The position numbers and the translations under genes are program-made. From an uncultured Erysipelotrichaceae bacterium (GTDB lineage Bacteria; Bacillota_I; Bacilli_A; RF39; UBA660): 58,900 nucleotides of DNA. Below the pieces are notes generated by a model, which did not search any database, was not told the origin of the DNA, and was given only the letters and a program-made list of their open reading frames with translations. Positions 21,141 to 30,354 of this stretch are shown here, one piece after another; the stretch's first letter is position 1; every line of letters begins with the position of its first letter. The stretch covers positions 1-58,900 of the forward strand of contig CACZGA010000003.1 in NCBI GenBank assembly GCA_902780585.1, given 5' to 3'.

Positions 21141-21705
21141 TTGCCATTATCCCTTTCTCATTGTTTCGATAATAATATAAATATTCCGGTATTATTCTAA
21201 AAAAACTACCTTCTTTCAAAACATCTCGATTAAAACCATAATCTTCACCAATACGTAAATCACTAAATCTAATATCACCAATTAAATCTCTACTATATAC
21301 AATTCCCCATACACTACAATTCCATTCTGGTCTACCATTTCTAATATCAACATTGAATGTATCGCTTTTCCATGACATTAAACAATAATCAAATCCGTCA
21401 TTTATATTTTCAAGTATTTTCTCTACAAAATCAACACTTACTAAATCATCGCTATCAACAAACGTAATGTATTCACCTTGCGCAACGTCTAACCCCTTAT
21501 TTCTCGGTATTCCTGCACAACCACTATTAACAGGCAAATACAAAACTTTTACATATTTTGAACTTAAAAATGATAAATCGTCCCCTGTACCGTCGTCAAC
21601 AACAATCCACTCGACGCCCTCATGAAGTTGTGGTATCAAAATATTTGCAAGTGATCTAAAATATTCCAAACAATTATAATAACCTGTAATAATCGACAAT
21701 CTCAT
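21130..21705 (-). CDS. Glycosyltransferase family 2
   Basis: LSIITGYYN, IVVDDG, RNKGL, FVDSDD, GED. Confidence 0.9.
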   Translation of the reverse strand: MRLSIITGYYNCLEYFRSLANILIPQLHEGVEWIVVDDGTGDDLSFLSSKYVKVLYLPVNSGCAGIPRNKGLDVAQGEYITFVDSDDLVSVDFVEKILENINDGFDYCLMSWKSDTFNVDIRNGRPEWNCSVWGIVYSRDLIGDIRFSDLRIGEDYGFNRDVLKEGSFFRIIPEYLYYYRNNEKGIMANAK

Positions 21706-22348
21706 TTAATAAACCTTCACTTTCTAAAAAATCTCTACATTCTCTTGATAACTTACCTCTCGTTATCCCCCAACCTATACTCAAATCTTGGTGACGATAT
21801 CCTATATCGATTATAAAGTCTTGATTATTGATAAAATGTATATATCTCGAATCAATATTCTGCAACTCCCACTCCTGTGGGTTTAAACTATTATACAACC
21901 TCTCCGTTAACTTTTTCTTACACCATAACGTAGGCTGACAACTATTCAAATACACTTGATTATTCTTCTGAATATCCCACCCATTCAATCTCAATGCCGG
22001 TTCTCTATATTCTAACTCAAAATTATAACATATCGTATTATTATCAAACTCTATTTCATTTATCCTATCAACGTCAACATAATCTCGTATAAAAAAATCG
22101 TCTAACATTGTCAAAACATACTCTTCTTTTATCTCTCTCAAAGCCTTTAAAAATCTCTCACTCCATATATTACTATTAACATTTATCGTATCACAATATT
22201 CACATGTCTTACTTTCCGTAACCAAATATACTTTAGGGTGACTTTCCCAATACTTATTCAACAACGTAAAAAACGCTTTCCAACAAGATTCATATTTATC
22301 ACAACTCAAAACTAATATCGCATACTTTATCATAAACTTTTTCTCCAC
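21674..22348 (-). CDS. Putative glycosyltransferase-like protein
   Basis: ILVLSCDKY...YVLTMLDDFF; lies within the sugar cluster. Confidence 0.5.
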   Translation of the reverse strand: MEKKFMIKYAILVLSCDKYESCWKAFFTLLNKYWESHPKVYLVTESKTCEYCDTINVNSNIWSERFLKALREIKEEYVLTMLDDFFIRDYVDVDRINEIEFDNNTICYNFELEYREPALRLNGWDIQKNNQVYLNSCQPTLWCKKKLTERLYNSLNPQEWELQNIDSRYIHFINNQDFIIDIGYRHQDLSIGWGITRGKLSRECRDFLESEGLLNEIVDYYRLL

Positions 22349-23253
22349 TCGTTTACCATATTTTCTAATTCTTCTTTCGAAAGTCTTTCAGCATTATCAC
22401 TCGTAAAAGGATTTATATACCCATAATCGTTTTCAATACTATCATTTACCCTGTAATATTTATCTTCTAATAATTCACTATGTCGCAACTCATTCACCGT
22501 TAAAAGTGCTTCATCTGTCTTTTCAACACAACGAGTACCGATAATTTCTTGATCCTTGCTGAACATATCTGCAACCTCTTTTATTATACAACTTTTATTA
22601 TTATATACCCATAAATCACCATGTACACCTTCTCTTAATGCTTTCCAGACTAAATCAACAGCTTCACTTATACTCATAAAAAATCTCGTCATATCAGGGT
22701 TTGTCACCGTTAATTTCTTTCCCTCTTTTGATAACTTTTCAAATATCCATGCAACACTTCCATTACTTCCAAAAACATTACCATACCTTGTTCTTATTAT
22801 CTCTGTATTTTTATTATCAACACACTTACAATACATTTCTACAAATAACTTAGAACAACCATATATTGTACTCGGATTGGTTGCTTTATCTGTTGATAAA
22901 AATACTAACTTTTTTACATTTCTTTCTATTGAAGCATTTATTACATTAATACAACCATCTATATTTGTTTTTCTACATTCATTAGGGTTTGACTCGCATT
23001 TATCAATATGCTTCATTGCACTCGCTAATAATACATAATCAATTCCCTCTAACGCTTCATAAACTCTATCATAGTCTCTTATGTCACCAATTATGTATCG
23101 TACCCTCTCACTCTTTCCAATTCTCTCCCTATGTTCAAATTGCAACTTCTCGTTTCTACTAAATATCACAATATCACATGTCGATTTCTCTAACAACTTT
23201 TTTGTCATGGCAGTTCCAAAACTACCACTACCACCGAATATTATTACTCTCAT
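22330..23253 (-). CDS. NDP-sugar 4,6-dehydratase (PseB/CapD-like)
   Basis: GGSGSFG, LSTDKA, YGCSK, RYGNVFGSNGSV, MTRFFM. Confidence 0.9.
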   Translation of the reverse strand: MRVIIFGGSGSFGTAMTKKLLEKSTCDIVIFSRNEKLQFEHRERIGKSERVRYIIGDIRDYDRVYEALEGIDYVLLASAMKHIDKCESNPNECRKTNIDGCINVINASIERNVKKLVFLSTDKATNPSTIYGCSKLFVEMYCKCVDNKNTEIIRTRYGNVFGSNGSVAWIFEKLSKEGKKLTVTNPDMTRFFMSISEAVDLVWKALREGVHGDLWVYNNKSCIIKEVADMFSKDQEIIGTRCVEKTDEALLTVNELRHSELLEDKYYRVNDSIENDYGYINPFTSDNAERLSKEELENMVNEWRKSL

Positions 23254-23655
23254 TTATTATCTCCTTTTATATCTCGAATTTTCTTTCTAAATATTTTCTC
23301 TGCAACAACAACTTCCCTTTACTGTTTTTGTCCCACCTATACACTATTTCAAATTCTTGCAACAGATATTCTACTATTTCTTTTTGTTCCCTTATTGGTT
23401 CATGCCTTTACTCCTTTTAACTTTATTATAACATGGGAAAGTCTCCTTTTATAAAAAATTTGCTAGAGCAGTTAAAAAAGCGAGTTCGTGGGGCGCGTTC
23501 TAGGGTCCGGGCGGGTGAATGAGTGAGACAGAAAGAAACGCCCAGGAAAAAAAAAACAAACAATAAAAAAAAACAAACAATAAAAAAGATCATTAGGGAC
23601 GAACTATACCAAAAAAAAAAAGATTGTAAACTTAAAAAAAAGTTGTTTTTATATG

Positions 23656-23684
23656 TTGACAATTTTATTATATTATGATATATT
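23656..23684 (+). promoter_or_regulatory. Promoter of the conserved-spacer class
   Basis: TTGACA attttattatattatga TATATT. Confidence 0.7.
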
Positions 23685-23731
23685 ATAATTACAAGATACA
23701 AGAAAGTATCAAGTAGAAAGAAGGATCTAAA

Positions 23732-23923
23732 ATGAAAAAGAAAAAGAAAGTTTTAAAACTAAAGAAGGGAATAAAAACAGCTTTATTGATTGGAGCTTTA
23801 GAGGTGATCTTATGTGCTGTTATGTTTGCATACTGTAATAGAATAGAAGCAATCCAAAACAACCCGGACGGATACACGAACAGCGGACACGCTCACAGTG
23901 TACAAGTAAATTTTAGTAAGTAA
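23732..23923 (+). CDS. Small membrane-anchored early protein
   Basis: Basic N-terminus plus one hydrophobic segment; RBS AGAAGGA. Confidence 0.6.
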   Translation: MKKKKKVLKLKKGIKTALLIGALEVILCAVMFAYCNRIEAIQNNPDGYTNSGHAHSVQVNFSK

Positions 23924-24049
23924 AAAAATAAAAAAAAATATTAATAAACTATTGACAAAATATAACAAAATGTAGTATAATATAATTACAATAGAAAAGA
24001 AAAAAAGATCTATTGTAAAAAATAAAAAGTAAAGAAAGAAGGATCTAAA

Positions 24050-24715
24050 ATGGAAAAATTAACAAAACAAGTAAAAAAGGAAAACGAAAAGGAGTTAAAA
24101 AAAGCGATTAGCAACTTAAACAAAGCAAAAAAAGAAGATTTTACAAATTTATGGTATTATAGCGAAAAGCTAACAAAAAGACAAAAAGAAAAATTAACAA
24201 AAAGCGAACAAAAAGAAATATTAAAAAATAAAATAATAGAAGACTATAAAAAAAGACTTATTAAAAATTTAAAAAGAATCGACACAATCAAAAACGCAAA
24301 TGATAACATCGAACTAATAACGATAAATGTTGATTGGGTAAAAAATAAAACTTGGGGATACAACCCACACGCAACAATTTACACAAACAACGGAGACACA
24401 ACAGAGGGGAAAGCGTCAGGTTGTGGATATGATAAAGAAAGCACAGCGATCGCCGGAGCTCTAAACAAAAACAATGATATTTTAAAATTATTATATATAG
24501 CAAAAAATAAAAAAATGACATTAAAAAACACAAACAATCATGATTTATTAGGATATGGATCTGGCTACGGTGTTCTCCCATATTTCGAGGGCGGTGTTGG
24601 TGTTAGTAGTTTATTGAATATTTTTAGAAAATTAGGTTATAATATACAGGAACACCACACAAACAAAAGCGATTTTTACACAATAGCAAAAAATAAAAGC
24701 AAGGGGGAAAAATAA
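24050..24715 (+). CDS. Hypothetical early protein
   Basis: 221 aa; ASGCGYDKES and FEGGVG motifs; own TTGACA/TATAAT promoter near 23952. Confidence 0.7.
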   Translation: MEKLTKQVKKENEKELKKAISNLNKAKKEDFTNLWYYSEKLTKRQKEKLTKSEQKEILKNKIIEDYKKRLIKNLKRIDTIKNANDNIELITINVDWVKNKTWGYNPHATIYTNNGDTTEGKASGCGYDKESTAIAGALNKNNDILKLLYIAKNKKMTLKNTNNHDLLGYGSGYGVLPYFEGGVGVSSLLNIFRKLGYNIQEHHTNKSDFYTIAKNKSKGEK

Positions 24716-24717
24716 AA

Positions 24718-24993
24718 ATGAAAAAAGAAATTGAAAACCAAAAAAAGATCGATAAACTTATGGATGATTTTATTCTAATGATTGAACAATCTTGGACATT
24801 TGGAAAAATGACAAAAACCGAAAAATTAAATTGCCGTTATATGTTAACAGCACACACAACAAAAAACGCACTAAAAGGAACATATAAGCAACGTTGGGAA
24901 ATATTACAGGCTTGTTATTCTGCATTTTTGGACGGTTTAGGTTATACGGGGGCAAATTGGAGAGAAACAGAAGAAAGCTCACCGACATTTTAA
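24718..24993 (+). CDS. Hypothetical early protein
   Basis: 91 aa with RBS. Confidence 0.65.
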   Translation: MKKEIENQKKIDKLMDDFILMIEQSWTFGKMTKTEKLNCRYMLTAHTTKNALKGTYKQRWEILQACYSAFLDGLGYTGANWRETEESSPTF

Positions 24994-25018
24994 AAGAAAA
25001 AAGGGGGAATAATAAAAC

Positions 25019-25288
25019 ATGATAAAACTAGAAAAAAGATCTATTTACTACTTAAAAAACGAATACCACCACGAAACCACAACAGAAAAGCGCACATTTT
25101 ACGACATGCCCCAAGCGCTAAAAGCTTTCGAAGAATCAACACCGCGTTATTATATCAACAAAAAAGATTTTTCTATAATAGAAGAAATCAACCTATATTA
25201 CAAGAGCGATTTCGGGATTAAATGTTATTATAAAAGAATTGATCCAACAAATGAAAAAATAGAAAGTAACTATATAAAAGAGCAGTAA
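25019..25288 (+). CDS. Hypothetical early protein
   Basis: 89 aa followed by an AAGAGC/GCTCTT + T-run terminator. Confidence 0.6.
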   Translation: MIKLEKRSIYYLKNEYHHETTTEKRTFYDMPQALKAFEESTPRYYINKKDFSIIEEINLYYKSDFGIKCYYKRIDPTNEKIESNYIKEQ

Positions 25289-25631
25289 AAAAGCTCTTTT
25301 TTTTTTTGGTTTATTCTGCAAAGTAGGGGAAAAAAGGACACCGAGAAAGCCACAAAAACACCCCAAACACGCACAAACAAAAGCACCCATACAACAGCAC
25401 AGAAAGACAGAAAAAGACGACAGAAACCACGAAAAACCACCCAAAACGAAAGGAAAACACCACAAAAACAAGCCAAGAAAGGACAAAAAACGCCATTTTT
25501 AGCTTGTTTTATTGTTTTATAGTATAAATATATTGGAAAGAACAAAAAGCCGTCAAAACGTCTAAAAATGGGCTTTTTTTTTTATTGTATAAATACTGTA
25601 TAAAAGAGAAAAAAAAAGACACCATGAACAA

Positions 25632-25746
25632 AAACACCAAGAAAAAAGGCAACAAACACCAAGAAAAAAGGCAACAAACACCAAGAAAAAAGAAACGATC
25701 CAAACCACAGAAGAAAAAAGAAACGATCCAAACCACAGAAGAAAAA
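25632..25746. repeat. Tandem repeats (22-bp and 28-bp units) in an A/C-rich non-coding tract
   Basis: aaacaccaagaaaaaaggcaac x2 plus a partial copy; aagaaaaaagaaacgatccaaaccacag x2. Confidence 0.8.
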
Positions 25747-26229
25747 CCAAAAAACAAAACCAGGAAAAAATAAAAAAGACCCCGACACAAAATTGGGGGG
25801 AGTGTAGGGTAAATTTTTATTTTTTTAAAATACTTCCAAAATTATTGAGACCCCCCTCCCCCCTTTTTTTCAGAGAAGAGTGGGGAATTTTCCATATAAT
25901 TATGGAAATTTTTCTATTAAGAATAGGGGAGCTTCCTGGAAAAAAAGAGGAAAATACTGTAGGAACTTTAAAACAAAATAAAAGACAAAGCCACTAAGCT
26001 TTGCCGTTAATCGAAGAGTGATTCAAAATGAAATCAGAATCTATATCAAAAAGACTTGGTTAAAGGAATAGAAGAAATTTATTCAAAAAATGAAAACAAA
26101 AACCAAACCTTTTCGACCAATTTTTAAAAACTTTTAAACTAAATTCAAAATCTATTACACACCCCCACTGTGGGGGAAGGTGGGGGTAGTGTTTAAAATT
26201 ACAATGCTAGTGTTTTCCAGAACAATGCT

Positions 26230-26835
26230 TTAATTTTCCTGGACAACATTTGCGTTTGGAGTAGCCTCCATCTCTATCTGCTTACGAAGAGCATCCGCTG
26301 TTTCTTGGGTGTTTATGTTGGAATTATCACTAGCAGAAATTTGAATATTTTTGTCGTCTTTAAGTCCAAAATAGTTTTTTCCGAGGAACATGTAGAGTAC
26401 TGCATTAACCTTTCCTTTTATGGCTCCGTTTTCCATAGCAACTTGACAAACATTGATTAATTTTTTGCACGTGCCGAAGAACGGCGAGTTGGAATTATTG
26501 GCATGATTGTATATTGTATCCCTATCACAACCTAACCACATACCAGCACTCGTAACAGTAGGAATTGTACTAGTATCATAACATAATGTTAGAAACTCTC
26601 TTATATCTCTCTCCAAACTTTCAACACTTTCAAAAGCATAAGGTCTACCATCAGGATTAAAACTTCTACTCATAAGAGCATCTGTAAACTTAATAGTATT
26701 AGGATCACTCATATACTCTTGACCTTGTTTATTACTAATAGACTTATCACTATGATTAGTAATATTCATAAACTTCTCTTTCTTAACTTCATAGGAGTCA
26801 TTCTCGTTAAAAATCTTCTGTCTACTATAACCCAA
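26230..26835 (-). CDS. terS: Terminase small subunit (P22 gp3-like)
   Basis: GRPYAFESVESLE...PTVTSAGMWLGCDRDTIYN...FLGKNYFGLKD. Confidence 0.75.
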   Translation of the reverse strand: MGYSRQKIFNENDSYEVKKEKFMNITNHSDKSISNKQGQEYMSDPNTIKFTDALMSRSFNPDGRPYAFESVESLERDIREFLTLCYDTSTIPTVTSAGMWLGCDRDTIYNHANNSNSPFFGTCKKLINVCQVAMENGAIKGKVNAVLYMFLGKNYFGLKDDKNIQISASDNSNINTQETADALRKQIEMEATPNANVVQEN

Positions 26836-26954
26836 AATAACAACTCCCTTCTAGTAAGAATATAACATATTATAGAAAAAAAGTCAAATAGAAATTTTTT
26901 ACTAGTAAATTTTCCTATACTTTCTTATATTTCAATATATCAGAAATGAAAAAA

Positions 26955-27246
26955 CTAACCCTAACTGACCCTAATGACCCTAACTGACCCTAACTTTGAC
27001 CCTAACGGAGACGCTTATATATCAACAAAAAATCGAGTTTTAGGGTTAAAAGGTCAAATTTTTGTGTATCCATTATACGTGTGCGTATATACATGTATAT
27101 AAATCAAATTGATTTTTATCTCGTGCGTATTAAATAAAAAAAAATGACCCTTTGACCCTAGATTATAGTTTTTCCTTTATTTTTCAATGGTTTGCAATAG
27201 GGTCAAAAAAAGGATTTTAGGGTCAAATGACCTATTTTAGGGTCAA
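26955..27246. repeat. Iteron array, putative replication origin
   Basis: About 12 direct and inverted copies of TGACCCT(AA) around an AT-rich core, upstream of the HTH and primase/helicase genes. Confidence 0.75.
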
Positions 27247-27359
27247 ATTTTTGTATACAATAATTTTATATTTTAAATTTTTTTAAATTTTACTTGCAAT
27301 TTATCTAGCAACATGCTAAACTAATTTTACAAGTTAGAAATACTAGAAAGGAGTAAAAT

Positions 27360-27575
27360 ATGTACAAGTTCAAACAAGAAAAGTATGATGAACTACTAAA
27401 TGGTCGTAAGATTTTATGGTTATCAGAAGAAATTGGTTATTCGATACAAATGCTTTCTTACATCCTTAATAATAAGAAAGATTGTCGTAAAATGGTTGCC
27501 TATGCAATTGTTAAGGCGTTGCACCCTGAAAGTGAAATCGAAGATTATTTTGAATATATAGAGAAAGGAGAGTAA
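27360..27575 (+). CDS. XRE/Cro-like HTH protein
   Basis: WLSEEIGYSIQMLSYILN. Confidence 0.7.
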   Translation: MYKFKQEKYDELLNGRKILWLSEEIGYSIQMLSYILNNKKDCRKMVAYAIVKALHPESEIEDYFEYIEKGE

Positions 27576-27577
27576 AA

Positions 27578-29083
27578 ATGGCGGATAAAGGCAAACAGAA
27601 AAATGAGATAATTGGAAAATGGTATAAATTATCATTAGATGATTATTCATTGGAAGCAGAAGTTAAAGACGGAGAAAGAATAGATTTCATTAAATTAAAA
27701 GATGTTTGGGAATTAAAAATGGAAGATATGTCGGTTCAACATAAATATGATTATGATATAGTACATCCCATTCTTGAAGAAGCTGTTATGAAAAATTATC
27801 AGTTCAAATTTGTTCGTGATTTAAATCTTAATAATGCAAGAATATATTTATACGATAATGGTGTATATAAATGGATAAGTGAGAATGAATTTAAGGGAAA
27901 AATCGCAAGTCTTATTCCAAGTTTTTTTCGCAGGAGTAAGGATGTTGACGAGGTTTATAAGTTATTGTTATTAGAAAATGATTTATATATTGATAATTCA
28001 GAGTTGAATAGTAAAGAGAATTTGATTTGCTTTAAAAATGGTAATTTAAACCTTGATACAATGGAGATTGAAGATCATAACCCTGTTGATACCTTTTCGA
28101 TACAAATTCCTTTCGAATACAAGCCTTTGGATGATTGTGTTTATGGTGAAAATTTTGAACGTTATATGAATGATTTATGTGATGGTGATGATATTATGAA
28201 AGACTTGTTATTAGAATGTATGGGTCTTGCGATTTCAAACATACCAGGTTATCGTGTGAAGAAATGTCTTTTGATGGTTGGCGAAAAGGATAGTGGTAAA
28301 ACGCAGATTAAGAAGTTGCTTACGAAATTGATTGGTACGGAATATTGTTCGAGTAGTGAGTTGGCAAGTATGAGTAGTAGTCATAATAAGTTTGGTACGA
28401 GTGATTTGTATAATAAGAGACTAGCTGGTTCGAATGATATGAGTTATGCAAAGATTGATGATATGTCAATGTTTAAGCAGTTGACAGGTGGAGATACAAT
28501 TAGTATTGAATTTAAGGGTCGTACGCCGTTTTCGTATACATTTACAGGTTTTCTTTGGTTTCTTGCGAATGATTACCCAAGATTTAGTGGTAAGAAAGAG
28601 AGTGCGATATATGAACGTTTTTTGATAGCACCTTGTACACATATTGTAAAAGAAAGTGAGCAAGATCCTGAACTTTTGAATAAGATGTTGGAAGAAGGTG
28701 AATATATTGTTTCATTGTGTATTGAACATTTATTGAATTTAAAGAAAAGACATTATAAGTTTATAACAAGTGAGAGAATGGATAAGGCGTTGGAACGATA
28801 TAAAGTCATGAATAATAGTTTATTGCAGTTTGTTGAGGAATGTTGTGAGATTGATGATATGTTGGCAAAAGAAGATAGGGTTATTACACCTAAGTTCAGG
28901 AGATATTATCAGCGTTGGTGTAATGAAACGGGTGTTAAGAAGATGTCTTTGACAAATGATAATATGGAGTTTTATTTGAATATGAAATATGGTACCGAGA
29001 AAAAGCGAAGTAATGGTTATTATTATTGGACCAATATAAAAATGAGGCAAGAATTTTTAGATGATTATGGTACATTTAGTTAA
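27578..29083 (+). CDS. P4/D5-family primase-associated SF3 helicase
   Basis: LICFKNG, Walker A GEKDSGKT, FKQLTGGD. Confidence 0.85.
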   Translation: MADKGKQKNEIIGKWYKLSLDDYSLEAEVKDGERIDFIKLKDVWELKMEDMSVQHKYDYDIVHPILEEAVMKNYQFKFVRDLNLNNARIYLYDNGVYKWISENEFKGKIASLIPSFFRRSKDVDEVYKLLLLENDLYIDNSELNSKENLICFKNGNLNLDTMEIEDHNPVDTFSIQIPFEYKPLDDCVYGENFERYMNDLCDGDDIMKDLLLECMGLAISNIPGYRVKKCLLMVGEKDSGKTQIKKLLTKLIGTEYCSSSELASMSSSHNKFGTSDLYNKRLAGSNDMSYAKIDDMSMFKQLTGGDTISIEFKGRTPFSYTFTGFLWFLANDYPRFSGKKESAIYERFLIAPCTHIVKESEQDPELLNKMLEEGEYIVSLCIEHLLNLKKRHYKFITSERMDKALERYKVMNNSLLQFVEECCEIDDMLAKEDRVITPKFRRYYQRWCNETGVKKMSLTNDNMEFYLNMKYGTEKKRSNGYYYWTNIKMRQEFLDDYGTFS

Positions 29084-29097
29084 AGGAGGCGAATAGT

Positions 29098-29271
29098 ATG
29101 ATTAAAACAAAATATTTTAAAGAATCACAAATGTGGAATGAAAGAGAATTAGATGAAAAAATAAATAATTTTTTAGAAGAAAATAATATAGAGGTTGTTG
29201 ATATTAAATTATCAAGAGATTTGAATGGTCTGTGTAGTGCATTATTGATTTATAAAGAAAAAGGAGAATGA
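29098..29271 (+). CDS. Small protein resembling the Cse60 family (not in the ORF track)
   Basis: MIKTKYFKE...ELDEKINNFLEENNIEVVDIKLS, 57 aa; RBS AAAGGAGG. Confidence 0.5.
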   Translation: MIKTKYFKESQMWNERELDEKINNFLEENNIEVVDIKLSRDLNGLCSALLIYKEKGE

Positions 29272-30125
29272 TTATGGATGAGGTTGATTTTTACCTAGAA
29301 GATTTAAAAAGTAAGTTTCGAAAGTTGAAAAATGTAGGTGGCTACGATAAGTATTATCTTTCATATTCTGGTGGCAAAGATAGTCATTTCCTATATTGGT
29401 TTATTAAAGAATATTCATACCCTGAATTTAAAGATATAAAAATTGTTGGTATTAATACGTATATGGAACACCACGAAATAAGAGATAGAATTATGAAAAA
29501 TTCAGATATAGTATTGTTCCCTACAATGAAACCTATGGAGATAAAAGAAAAGTATGGGATACCTTGTTTTAGTAAAGAACAAGACTTTTACATATATTAT
29601 TATCAAAATGCTTTGAGAAAAGGTAAACAACCGAGTCGAACGATACAGGAGAAGATTGACGGCACCTATAAAAAAGGTTTTAGTGGTATCTCAAAGAAAG
29701 CAAGAGAATATGTGAAGAGTGGTAATGCACATAAGATAACACATTTATGTTGTCATTACTTAAAGAAAGAACCAGCAAGAAAATTCGAAAAAGAAAGTGG
29801 TTTAAAACCTATTCTTGGTATTCGTGGTGGGGAAAGCAATCTTCGTAAAAGACAATATCGCACATGTTTTACTAAAGATAAGAAATTCACGCCGATACAC
29901 GATCTTAGTGATGATTTATTAGATAAGATTATAAAAAAGTATAATATAGAAGTGCCAAAAGTATATGAACACATTGAACGTACAGGTTGTATGGGTTGTC
30001 CTTATGGAAGTTATAAACATGATACAGAAAAAGAGTTAGAGCTTATAAATGACAATCAAAGAAAATTCGTATCTGAATATTTCAAAGAAAGCTACGAAGT
30101 ATTAGGAATAGAGGTGAAAGAATGA
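29268..30125 (+). CDS. PAPS-reductase-family protein
   Basis: SYSGGKDS PP-loop, CCHYLKK, RTGCMGCPY. Confidence 0.85.
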   Translation: MIMDEVDFYLEDLKSKFRKLKNVGGYDKYYLSYSGGKDSHFLYWFIKEYSYPEFKDIKIVGINTYMEHHEIRDRIMKNSDIVLFPTMKPMEIKEKYGIPCFSKEQDFYIYYYQNALRKGKQPSRTIQEKIDGTYKKGFSGISKKAREYVKSGNAHKITHLCCHYLKKEPARKFEKESGLKPILGIRGGESNLRKRQYRTCFTKDKKFTPIHDLSDDLLDKIIKKYNIEVPKVYEHIERTGCMGCPYGSYKHDTEKELELINDNQRKFVSEYFKESYEVLGIEVKE

Positions 30126-30299
30126 TATTAACAAAATTAAGTTATGAAACTTTAACACTTGAAGATATAGAAATGTATCAATATTACAATTTTATCTGTG
30201 ATGGTGATAAAAAAGAAATAATTTGTGTATTGAAGGAGATATAATGAAAGATATCATGTAAGTGTGAAAGTAGATTTATAATAAATTTTATAAAAACGG

Positions 30300-30329
30300 T
30301 TGACATATTATAATATATTATGTTATATT
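30300..30329 (+). promoter_or_regulatory. Promoter of the conserved-spacer class
   Basis: TTGACA tattataatatattatgt TATATT. Confidence 0.65.
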
Positions 30330-30354
30330 ATTTACATAAGGAGAGTGAGATAAT

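Noticed and set aside
25632-25746. CRISPR mini-array
   Set aside because: The repeats are directly adjacent with no unique spacers
25193-25790. Several F/L/V/C-rich minus-strand ORFs and one K-rich plus-strand ORF
   Set aside because: Products of the A-rich low-complexity repeat tract; no recognisable domains
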